From positions 248,001-312,000 of the forward strand of contig CP120459.1 in assembly GCA_034226945.1 (NCBI GenBank): a stretch of 64,000 nt of DNA. Reading direction: 5' to 3'. How positions within the stretch are numbered: position 1 is the first letter of the stretch; every line of letters starts with the position of its first letter. This document shows positions 45,892 to 56,547 of the stretch, piece by piece. The notes under the pieces were generated by a model. The model saw only the letters and a list, made by a program, of their open reading frames with translations. It was not told the DNA's origin and did no database searches. The translations under genes and the position numbers were made by a program. The stretch is from Picochlorum sp. SENEW3 (taxonomy: Eukaryota).

Positions 45892-46350
45892 ATGATGTCT
45901 TTTACGGTAAAAAGCGTTTTATTAGTCGCATTCATGATGATTGCGATGGTGTCAGCCAAGACTCGCACTGGGTCAGCGACGCCGTATGACGGTTCACTCA
46001 GTGAGAGCGAGACAGCCTGTCCGTATTCACCATCAACCCTGGATAGGAAGTGGTTGTCCCTCTTTGTCTCATTAAACGAGAAGGATTTTGATAAGGTGAA
46101 GGAAGCGTGTGGAAAGTGTGTCCGAGTCAAGGGAGCTTCCTCGACCAATACTAGAAGAGCTCTTGATGTTGGGGCTCTGTACGTCAAAATCCTGGACAAG
46201 TGCAGTGGAAAAGATTGCAAGAAAGGACAGCTTAGTTTCTCCTCGGATGCCATGAAGACGATTGATAGTTACTCATGGGACACGAGCCGCATTAGGTGGG
46301 AGGTTGTTGACTGCCCAACCAGCTCTAATCTTCGTGGAGGGAGAAGCTAG
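45892..46350 (+). CDS. Secreted expansin-like/RlpA DPBB protein, paralog of 44519-44923
   Basis: Signal peptide, GSATPY, AC, CGKCV, ILDKC, YSWD and IRWEVVDCP. Confidence 0.82.
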   Translation: MMSFTVKSVLLVAFMMIAMVSAKTRTGSATPYDGSLSESETACPYSPSTLDRKWLSLFVSLNEKDFDKVKEACGKCVRVKGASSTNTRRALDVGALYVKILDKCSGKDCKKGQLSFSSDAMKTIDSYSWDTSRIRWEVVDCPTSSNLRGGRS

Positions 46351-46627
46351 GTATCAAGAAAATAACGAGACTCTTACTGATTCAACGCAGAATGATAGGG
46401 CGTAGGTCACATCGTGCGTCGAGCGAGAACTAATAATTGCAGGTCAAGAACTGAGCAAGAATTTTGTACAACTTGATGATTATTTACTATACTACATACA
46501 AATGCACTGATATACAATGTAATGAAAATTCTTTTCATTTATAGAATGTTTACAAATGCTAATGAAGAATGCGTTTAAATGAAACAACAAGTAGTGGTTG
46601 AATATTGGTTCAGCTCCAGACATTCAT

Positions 46628-49600
46628 TCAAGCAACAGCAGCCTCTGGCTCGTGCACAGCTGCATCTTCCTCTGGAAGGCGCAAGACAAGGTGGCGATCG
46701 CCATATACATTGTCAACACGGGAGTTGGTTGGCCAGAACTTGGTTCCTGGTTTGATCCATGGTGCAGGGTATGCTGCCTGTTCTCTTGGGTATGGTCTGT
46801 CCCAGCTCTCTGCAGTTACCACGTCCAAGGAATGAGGAGCATGCTTGAGAACGTTGTTGTCCTTTGCTGCGGCGCCCTTCTCTACTTGGCGAATTTCTTC
46901 TCTAATTGAAATGAGAGCGTCACAGAAGCGGTCAAGCTCAGCTTTAGACTCCGACTCTGTTGGCTCAATCATCAGTGTTCCAGCCACTGGCCAACTCATT
47001 GTTGGAGCATGGAAACCATAGTCAATAAGACGCTTGGCAATATCTTCTGGCTCCACTCCGGTAGCAGCAGTTATTGGACGAATGTCAATGATGAATTCGT
47101 GGGCACATGTTCCATTCTTTCCGCTGAACAAGACTGGATAATGCTCTTCAAGCCTCTTGGACATGTAGTTGGCATTCAAAATGGCCATCTGGGAGGCCTC
47201 CCTCAATCCCTTTGAGCCCATCATTGAGATATATGCGAAGGAGATTGGCAAAATTAGAGAAGACCCGTATGGAGCGGCTGCCATGCACCCGAATGACTCC
47301 TCATCAGATTTGAAGTTTGGATATGCTCCTGTTGGGATGATTGGGTGCGTTGGCAGGAATGGGGCCAAGTGAGCCTTGACTCCGATTGGTCCCATACCTG
47401 GCCCTCCCCCTCCATGAGGAATGCAGAATGTCTTGTGGAGATTCAAATGGCAAACATCAGCACCAATCACACCTGGAGCAGTCAATCCTACTTGGGCATT
47501 CATGTTGGCACCATCCATGTAGACCTGACCACCATTCTCATGGATAATGTTGCAGATCTCATCAACGCCATCTTCATACACACCATGTGTAGATGGATAT
47601 GTAATCATGAGGGCTGCCAAATTGTCCTTGTGCTCTTCTGCCTTCTGACGCACTTCGCTAATGTTGATATTTCCCTTCTCGTCGACTCCAACTGGCACAA
47701 TCTTCATTCCAGCCATGATGGCGGAGGCTGGATTGGTTCCATGAGCAGATACTGGAATGATGCAGATATCTCTGTGATGGTCTCCTCTGGACTGATGATA
47801 TGCCCTGATAGACATGAGGCCAGCGTATTCTCCAGCTGCTCCACTGTTTGGCTGGAGAGACACAGCATCGAATCCGGTGATGGATGCCAACTGGGTAGCC
47901 AAGTCCTCGAACATTTCCTGATATCCCTTTGCTTGATCCAATGGTACGAATGGATGGATGTTTGCCAACTCTGGCCACGTGACTGGAATCATCTCAGAGG
48001 TTGCATTCAACTTCATTGTGCAGGATCCAAGAGGAATCATAGAATGAGCAAGGGAGAGATCCATGTTCTCCAGCTTCTTCAGGTAACGCAACAGTTCGTG
48101 CTCAGTGTGGTATGAGTTGAAAATCTGGTGCTGCATGAACTTGGAAGTACGGGCAAAGTCTCCCAAGTTTGTAGACACAGATGAAGCAAGATCCTCAGCG
48201 GTGAATCCTGGAGATCCATTGCTGGAGAAGGCAGCAAACAGCTTGTTCACATCATCGATCGTCGTTGTCTCGTCCATGGCAACGCTGACTGTAGAATCAT
48301 CCATGACACGGATATTCATTCCCATCTGGACGGCAGCATCGGAAACAGCCTTGGCATTTCCCACTTTGACAGAGACAGTGTCAAAGAATGTACCATTCAA
48401 CACTGTGTGTCCCATCTTTTCCATACCAGCAGCAAACACACTTGCAAATCCATGTACACGGTCAGCAATCTTTGTCAGACCCTCTGGACCGTGGTACACG
48501 CCATACATTGCTGCAATATTGGCAAGCAATGCCTGGGCAGTGCAAATGTTAGAGGTTGCCTTGTCCCTACGAATGTGCTGCTCTCTTGTCTGCATAGCCA
48601 TTCTCAATGCTGGCTTTCCTTGTGCATCACGGGACACTCCGATGATCCTTCCTGGAAGCAAGCGCTTATATTCGTTGTGGCACGACAAAAAGGCAGCATG
48701 AGGACCTCCGTAGCCCATTGGAACACCAAATCTCTGGGCAGATCCAATCACAATGTCGGCTCCCCACTCTCCTGGTGGAGTAAGCTTGGTCAAAGCCAAT
48801 GGGTCTGTGGATACCACGACCTTGATCTTGGCATCATGTGCTCTCTGAGCCAAAGCCTTGTAGTCGCTGATGGATCCATCTGTGGCTGGATACTGCACCA
48901 TGACACCGCATACATCCTTATCCATGGAAAAGTCAGCCTCGCTGCTCACTTCAACAACCAATCCAAGAGCAGATGCTCTTGTTTTGCATACATCAATGGT
49001 CTGAGGATGGCACTTATCGGACACAAGGAATCGAGGCTTCTTTCCTCTCGCAATGGCACTGCACATTGTCATGGCCTCGGCAGCGGCTGTGGCTTCGTCC
49101 AACAAAGAGGCATTGGACATTTCCATACCGGTCAAATCGCACATCATCGTCTGGAAATTCATCAAAGATTCAAGACGACCTTGAGCAATTTCAGCCTGGT
49201 ATGGTGTGTACTGCGTGTACCATCCTGGGTTCTCCAACAAGTTTCTCATAATGACAGTTGGGAGGTGAGTTCCATGATATCCCATTCCAATGAAACTCTT
49301 GAACACCTTGTTCTTGGAAGCCATCTCTTTGAAATGCTCCAAAAATTCAGACTCTGTCATACCCTCGTGGTATTTTCCTGGCAAAGGCATGCCATCCTTG
49401 CGCTTGATGCTTTCTGGCACGGTAGCTTCAACCAACTCCTCCATGCTCTCAAACCCACACAACTGAGCCATCTCCTTGGTCTGCTCTGGCGTAATACTGT
49501 TATGTCGTGGGGCAAAAGTATCACTTGGCTTCAATGCTTCCACTGAAATCATGCGATACTGCATCTGCGTGAATGGGCTCTTACCAGCCATCATGGTCAT

Positions 49601-50169
49601 GGTAGGGTTTGCAGACACTGCAGCAGAAACAGATAACGAGGTCAGATACTCCACGACGTATGTTCACTCCAGAATAGCGACGCTATCGATGGTCCCATCT
49701 CACCCAGGAGGATGTGCTAAGCACACATGCATCGCAAATCCAAAACAACCCCACATCGACCATATCCTCAAACCCAACTAAACCAAACACTACCACCGAC
49801 ACCCGTACTTCACCAACACCCATTCCTCAATCCTAATCGATAAGCACTATCCAATGTATATGTAAGTAATTGAGAGACCATTAAGAGTCCCTCAAATACT
49901 CTCATTGCTATTCTACTATATCCCTCCACATGTGGACGCGCATCAAACATGATCTCCAACGTACCATTTCCATGGGAGGACTTTGCCAATGCCTGACGCA
50001 AAATAGATGCTCCTTCTGTGTGCCTGGATCCACTGCTGCTGTAGGAACGAACAGCGCTGAGGACTGAATTGGTCGCATTGTCAGCCTGTGTCCCACGCAG
50101 AGAGGACGAGTCGGCGGTTGCCTGGCGAATAAGAGACGCAACGCGGGAGATTGAGCGACTACGTCCCAT
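46628..50169 (-). CDS. GLDP: Glycine decarboxylase P-protein; intron 49618-49964
   Basis: [37 protein letters not shown] and [18 protein letters not shown], with presequence exon [10 protein letters not shown]. Confidence 0.97.
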
Positions 50170-50488
50170 ATTTAGTCTATTTTGGAGTCTGGATTCGTAT
50201 AATATGAGGAAATAGAGTTTTCCAATGGTCCAAGAGGGCCACCATCTCGTGCCCATATACTACCATGCCATGATCATGGCATTGCATCCAGACGATGGGG
50301 TACCATCATCGTTCCGCTGGTACTGGCCGAGCGCAGATAACGAATACATCGTCTGGATGCATTCGATTCAAATAATACTCATTTGGATTGCACGTATGAG
50401 ATCACAACATCAGCGTATCGAATGCCAAGGGACACAAGAACAACACACTGTACTTTGGTAGTAGTATCAGGGGGACGACTGGTACGGC

Positions 50489-51851
50489 CTAGGTGGCCTT
50501 TTCTTTCGTGCCAACTCCAGATCCCCGGGTCGCCCACCATGGGCATAGCCAGTTAATCAGTGTATTATACCACGATGGATGGGATGCAGTCTCCATGTCA
50601 GCACATGTTGCAGCGCTCGCAACGGGACCATCCTCTCCAATCTGATCCTCCTCTGCATGCACATCCTGTGCTGTTGGGGCCGAGAGCGTCGAATCTATCA
50701 TGGCCTTGTACAGCGATCCCTGTACCTTGGATTGATCCCTTGTATCTTTTTTGGCCGCCGCTATCTCCCGTAAAATCCCAGGATCCACCAGGGAGGTTTC
50801 CTCACTGAGCTTCTTTGCCATTCTCAAGTCATCCAAAGCCTCCGCCGTCTGCCCAAGCTTTCGCCGTGCTGATCCCCTCCTAAACAATGCCTTTATATTT
50901 TTCGTGTCGACTGCCAGCACATCGCTTGTCACACGAATCACGTCGTGATACGACCCATGTTTCACATGGCATGCTGCAAGGTTTCCAAGGAGAAGAATCT
51001 TCTCCTCCATCGCCCTATCATAATGAAACTCATACAGCTGCATGATGAAATCGTCATCCAAAAACGCCAACCCTGACGTGTACGAGCTCACCGCCGCATC
51101 CACATCGCCTTCCTGAAATAATGCATTTCCCTGCATCCGTCGCCGAACAGCTGCTTCTATTCTCTCCTCATACGTCAGCGTTGCAGAGACCACATCGGTC
51201 CCCCGGGGAGCCTCAAAATCCACCATCTCAATAGCATACGACAGATGGGCATTCGGCGGGATTGATGGAAAGGAAAAGTTTCCCTTGCTCCCATACCCAA
51301 ACTCTGGACTCACCCACACATGACATATTTCCCCCACCTTCATGGTGGCCAGAACCTTGTGTATACCTCTTTCCTTCACTATAGCATCTGTATCATCATT
51401 CGGAATAAAAATACACGCGCGTGTCAATCCATACATATGCCAGTACGTCTGCTGTTGCTCCTTCATGATCAAACAAAAACATAGCAGGCAGACACCTACC
51501 TCTTCCCGCAATCATTTGAACTGGACTCGCGTGATCCCCACGGCAAGTATCCATGAAAATCTCACCACTGGACAGAACACGACCAACATAATGAACCAAG
51601 CATGTCGCATGCAGAGGAACCACGTCCCCGCTTCCCTGCTGAACCACCCTTTTGACCACACCGCCAGAACTCACCACAATCTCATCTGCATTGGCAGTAT
51701 CTACAAAAGAATCTACTAGATGTGTTTGATTAGATGTTTTAGTGCTATTCTCATCTTCATTTGATGACTTTTGCCAGGCCAAAGGAACTCGAGGGGGATC
51801 CAAATCCGACCGACAGGATTCCGACACAATCGTCCCGCGTGTATCACTCAT
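50489..51851 (-). CDS. FKBP42: FKBP-type immunophilin with TPR repeats (FKBP42/TWD1-like); intron 51388-51499
   Basis: CLVHYVG, MKVGE, GYGSKGNFSFPSIPP, TPRs (RRMQGNALF, KALFRRG) and a Trp-rich C-terminal anchor. Confidence 0.88.
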
Positions 51852-52314
51852 TCTGCTCTATGTAGTCATATACATCTTTTCCATAGGAAATTAAGGGTTT
51901 ATAATGCACTCGTATGCGAGAATCAGCGGACAATGATGCATTTTTGAATGGAACCTTCATGCATGGTCATGGAACGGGACGTTTTAGGTACTAATGTTCT
52001 ATATACGGAAGATTGTGACGTACAGATGACCAGGCATATCAGCATGCTGGCCATTGTATAAAGTCCAATTGTGCTGGCTTGTCTATGTGAGTACACATAT
52101 GCTCGGATATGGATCGAGGCAGACGTACCACGCATGCAGCCCCCATGAAGAGAATGGGATGATGAGACCATCTCTATGCTGTTACACAGTCCTAGAAAAT
52201 CCTTGGTGGGTGATACTCCATGGGTACACACTTGTCTCCAATGGCGGGCTCTCCATTCACAAGTGACACGTATTCATTTTCATACACATTGTAGAAACAT
52301 AAAAGAGTCCAAAA

Positions 52315-53784
52315 ATGATGGTAACAAACAATCAGAACCCTCTCGTGCGACTCCTGCGTGTTTGCAGCCTTGCCATGGTTGTGCTCGTTTCCCACGCGGC
52401 TAGCGAGCAAGATCAAGTGGATGCTGCTGGAGAGTGCTGTGCGGCTTTAAAAGCTATTGGATTCGCCTCAAATTTACCAGTTGTCATCATCGAGAGCATA
52501 TCTGGAACAACGATTGAGTACAAGGTTGATCAGGAAGTCAAACTGTGTACCTGCTCTCCTCCTGGGAGCAACATTACGGATTACAAGGGGTATGCAGAAG
52601 CTGCCGGGCGCGGCAATTCATCCAAAGATTTTGTCAAAACGCAATACAAGTTGGAATTGCATGATTCAAACGGCGAGGACGTTGATTTTGAGCTCTTGGG
52701 GTTCCCGGAAGAAGAGGACTTCATCGCCTATGGTCCAGAGCTTGATCGCACACTGATGAAGAACTATCTTGCATACAATATTGGTCGCGGGGCTGATACG
52801 TATGCATCTCGGACTCAGTTTGTGGAGATTTTCTCCATCGAAGATGGGAGCGAGCTGTCCATGGATGATTACAGAGGTCTGTTTTTGATGGTGGAGAAGC
52901 AGAAGAGGGACAAGAACAGAATAGATATCGAAAAGATGGATGACGAGAATCCAAGTGGGGGATATATCCTGACCTATGATAATGATAATTATGACTGGGA
53001 TGAGGTTGTGATTGGTCCATTCACACAATTTGGCATGGATCACCCATTTGTTGTCAAAGAGCCAAAAGAATTGACTGATACACAGAGGGACTACCTGAAC
53101 AAGTACCTGAATGACTTTATGCAATCACTGACCACTGATGTTACATCCGGCGACTATACATCGTACATTGATATGGACAGTTTTATCAATTATTTGTTGG
53201 CAGTGGAGGTGACAAAGAATCCAGATGGCTACAGGGGTTCCACGTACCTGCACAAAGATAGAGACGGACCACTTAAAATGGGTCCAATGTGGGATTACAA
53301 TGAAGCATTTGGCATGTGCTGTGGGTACCCCATCGATGGCTGGCAGCGTGAAGGTGAGTCCATGGCTGGCGTTGCTGGTGGCACTGCCATCAGTCCAAAT
53401 GGCTTTCGATTTTTGATCTGCGAGGATGCTGAGAGATGCCAAGCAGATCCTACAGATGGAGTCAGTTTTTGGTATAGAACCATGTGGAAAGATCCCGTGT
53501 TTAGGAATGCGACCAGTGCACGATGGAAAGAATTGAGAGAGGGGGCATGGTCTGACGAAAACATAGAGGATCTCGTCGCGTCTGCCAGGGACCAGCTCGA
53601 TCAAGGGGCTGTACAGAGGAACTATGATACATACGCTGATGTCCTGCTGGAAGGCGTGTCGGTGGATGGTGAGACATTTTGGAAGGACGAAACTGCCAAA
53701 TTGGAAAAATGGTTAATGGAACGACTGTCGTGGCTGGATGAGGCTTTGCAAACACCTCGCGTTTCCTACGCCCCAACACCGTAG
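52315..53784 (+). CDS. Secreted CotH-family atypical protein kinase
   Basis: Signal peptide, GRGNSS, YKLEL, DRTLMKNYLAY, YRGLFLMVEK, NPDGYRGSTYLHKDRDG and GPMWDYNEAFG; no introns. Confidence 0.88.
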   Translation: MMVTNNQNPLVRLLRVCSLAMVVLVSHAASEQDQVDAAGECCAALKAIGFASNLPVVIIESISGTTIEYKVDQEVKLCTCSPPGSNITDYKGYAEAAGRGNSSKDFVKTQYKLELHDSNGEDVDFELLGFPEEEDFIAYGPELDRTLMKNYLAYNIGRGADTYASRTQFVEIFSIEDGSELSMDDYRGLFLMVEKQKRDKNRIDIEKMDDENPSGGYILTYDNDNYDWDEVVIGPFTQFGMDHPFVVKEPKELTDTQRDYLNKYLNDFMQSLTTDVTSGDYTSYIDMDSFINYLLAVEVTKNPDGYRGSTYLHKDRDGPLKMGPMWDYNEAFGMCCGYPIDGWQREGESMAGVAGGTAISPNGFRFLICEDAERCQADPTDGVSFWYRTMWKDPVFRNATSARWKELREGAWSDENIEDLVASARDQLDQGAVQRNYDTYADVLLEGVSVDGETFWKDETAKLEKWLMERLSWLDEALQTPRVSYAPTP

Positions 53785-53941
53785 AAACATTTTTTGTGAT
53801 TTTTGTTTCAATACTATATTCAAGACATCGTAAAAGCACGTGAATTTTGGCACTTTGAGAGTCTTTGGAGAAGAGATTTTATCCAGTCGACAATTGCTGA
53901 TACCGCAATGCTTACATAGATACTACTGTATAGTATCAACT

Positions 53942-55369
53942 ATGGATTTTAATATGCGTATTTCTGCTTCCCAATTGGCCTCTCCATCGTGCGGGAGGCC
54001 GCACTGTCAAGTAGCGCCAAGAGTCGGGTTGCTCTACATGCCAACGGGTGCGGTATCGCTGCTTTTTCCCTTTTTGCGAGTCTTTTTTGGGTACTTATAT
54101 AGTAATTGGTGACGTACAGGTGCAATTAGGTCAAATGATCTTCGATGCTCGGCAGCTTGTTCTGATTCGAGCAACAAGACGAATAGTGGTCCCCTGAGGG
54201 CTCATGAGCAGCCACAGCAACAGGTATGCTTTGATATTATTCATGATAATTGCCATACCTCAAAATACTGAGGGTATCGTTCCAATTGGATGCAGGGGAA
54301 CGCCATGCCTCGAACGGCTTGGAACAAGGGGGTTCCAGTGTCTGAGGAGGCCAAGGTGAAGCTTAGTGAGCGTATGAAGGAAAAGTGGCAGGACCCAGAG
54401 TATAGAGATGCTGTATCGACATCGCTTCAAGGCCGTGAGGCATGGAACAAGGGCAAGACGTTAAGCCCAGAGACCAGGAGAAAGATGAGCGAGGCCAAGA
54501 TGAATCATCCAGTCAGCAAAGAAACGAGAAGAAAGATGAGCGAGGCGCGCAAAGGCAAACCTTTAGATCCCAAAGCAGCAGCTCTGGTGTCTGAGAAACT
54601 GAAGGGGGTTCCCAAGTCGGAGGAGCACAGGGAGAATATTGCTGCAGCAATGAGGAAGAGACATGCTGCCATTAGAGTGCTGAATGCAGTCGAATCCGTG
54701 TATGAGACAACGGGTGAACATTCTTCCAAGACAGATTTATCAACTATGGGAAAGAAAAAAATCAATTCTGCATATAAGCAGGCAACGTCCCAAGTCCTTG
54801 GTGAGTTCAAAGCAGAACTGAGAGAGTATAGGGCTCTACAAGAGGAATTATCCCCCTGGACGGAAGCCTATGTGAATAGACACGGTACAAAGCCATCCAT
54901 GTCTGATATTGAGAGAACGGGGATTTCTTGGTTGGTGACACGGTACAAGAGATATGTCCTTTTGAGGGAGCGTTTGTTCACCCAGACACATCTCTTGAGG
55001 AGAAAATTGGATCATGCATCACAGGATCCCGTGAAGGGGGCTGATTTCCATGAAAAGCAGAACGCGAATAGGAAATCAATCAATGAAATGGCAGGCCATG
55101 CGTCGAGATTGCAGGCTGCGGCCAAGTACAAGATGGACAAGGTGCTGAAATCAACATCCTCTGATGACAGTCATGACTCAAAGTCACACCAGATTGATGC
55201 TGGCACCAAAGCCCCCCCACGAGTCCGAGAAGCATTGCAAGCAGCAATGGACTACAGGAAGAAAAAAGCACAAGAGACGAAAACTGCAGCCATGATGGCT
55301 GCAGCAGCTGCTGCCGCTTCATCCTCCGCAGCAGCCCCACAGCATGACATCACGTCTCCCCAAGAGTAA
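53942..55369 (+). CDS. Organelle-targeted NUMOD3-repeat protein; introns 54048-54119 and 54224-54295
   Basis: AWNKG x2 and SEEAKVKLS/SPETRRKMS/SKETRRKMS/SEEHRENIA repeats. The spliced N-terminus resembles a transit peptide. Confidence 0.82.
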
Positions 55370-55421
55370 GATGCATTTTGTTTTTTGCCATTTGATTTGT
55401 ATTCATTTTGTTTCATTGTTT

Positions 55422-56183
55422 TTATTGTACACGCTTCCAAATCATAATCATGATAGGCGCCGTAGGCGAATTCAACAAGGTGAATTCTGAGCTGACCCAA
55501 TACTTTGGAGAAAGCTGACTGACATACTCTTGCACTGCCTCATATTCTGCTATACCCCCTGGATGGCCTATATAACAGAGTATACTCACTATTCCACCAA
55601 ATACAAGAGCCTCCAGGCTCGCCTCAATCGCTGCCAATGTGCTATCAACTTGCGTGACAATGGACTTGTCTCCTCCCGGCAAATACCCAAGGTTGAAGCA
55701 GACCAACTTGGCCACATTACTGCCAACGTGTTCTATCAAATTCTCATGGCTTCCAACCACATATGTCACTTTAGGTCGCTCGTGCTCAGGAACCTGAGCT
55801 TCTATGTTGTCTTGTGTTGCCCTCACAGCCTCTTTCTGAATATCTATTGCAACAAGATGCCCATCAGGGCCAACAAGTTTGGCCAGATACACGGAATCAT
55901 ACCCATTACCGCACGTGGCATCGCATACAACATCTCCCTTTCTCACAGATATTGGCCAAATCTGATGTGCCAGATGAGTGAGTCGAGAATTTTTCATCAA
56001 ATCCTTCAGGAGAGCATCATCTGGCCCAGAGCTTTCAGGCTGCGATGATGCCACCACATCTCGAGCCTTTATTATTGTCCCTTGAGATCCAACCAATCTC
56101 AACTGGCGTGCAGATCGACACAGCGGTGAGCTATGACGACACTGCAGCTGCAGAGAGCCACAGAGTTTGAATACCATGTGCAT
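55422..56183 (-). CDS. mnmM: SAM-dependent methyltransferase, YtqB/MnmM (PF06962-type), organelle-targeted
   Basis: VCDATCGNGYDS, IDIQKEA, FNLGYLPGGDKSIVT and YIGHPGG. Confidence 0.85.
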   Translation of the reverse strand: MHMVFKLCGSLQLQCRHSSPLCRSARQLRLVGSQGTIIKARDVVASSQPESSGPDDALLKDLMKNSRLTHLAHQIWPISVRKGDVVCDATCGNGYDSVYLAKLVGPDGHLVAIDIQKEAVRATQDNIEAQVPEHERPKVTYVVGSHENLIEHVGSNVAKLVCFNLGYLPGGDKSIVTQVDSTLAAIEASLEALVFGGIVSILCYIGHPGGIAEYEAVQEYVSQLSPKYWVSSEFTLLNSPTAPIMIMIWKRVQ

Positions 56184-56547
56184 CCCAATTGCTTCCCCTA
56201 GTGTAAACCTCTACACATGATATATATAGTACAGTATTAATTTGCAATATTGATACTGATCCATCGAGTATCATGCAGGAAATTTTGAATTTTGAATGAG
56301 GAGATCTTCAAAAACCTATGGAGAGATCCAATCTCAACCAATGTCCTTGTCGTTACAATGCACCAGGAGTGATTGATATATTTCATATTTTATTATTTCA
56401 CATATGCGGTAACAGGAAGATAAAAGGCTTTGTTGAGCAATGCAGCCTTTTTCTACTCGTTGATAATTCTCCCGAGGAGACGGATCCATTTTCAGTTCAT
56501 ACTCATTCGTAACAGGATGCATTGTATACAATAATGAGGATGGTACC

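Noticed and set aside
47345..49546. Long antisense ORFs (256 and 379 aa) opposite GLDP, and similar shadows elsewhere such as 18250-19086 and 33101-33778
   Set aside because: They lie opposite well-supported genes, have no recognisable motifs, and are explained by codon bias.
49618..49964. Glycine riboswitch in the GLDP intron
   Set aside because: No glycine aptamer consensus was recognised, and only TPP riboswitches are established in eukaryotes.
54290..55369. Homing endonuclease or mobile intron suggested by NUMOD3 repeats
   Set aside because: No GIY-YIG, HNH or LAGLIDADG motif; the gene has spliceosomal introns and a transit-like peptide, so it is treated as a host gene.
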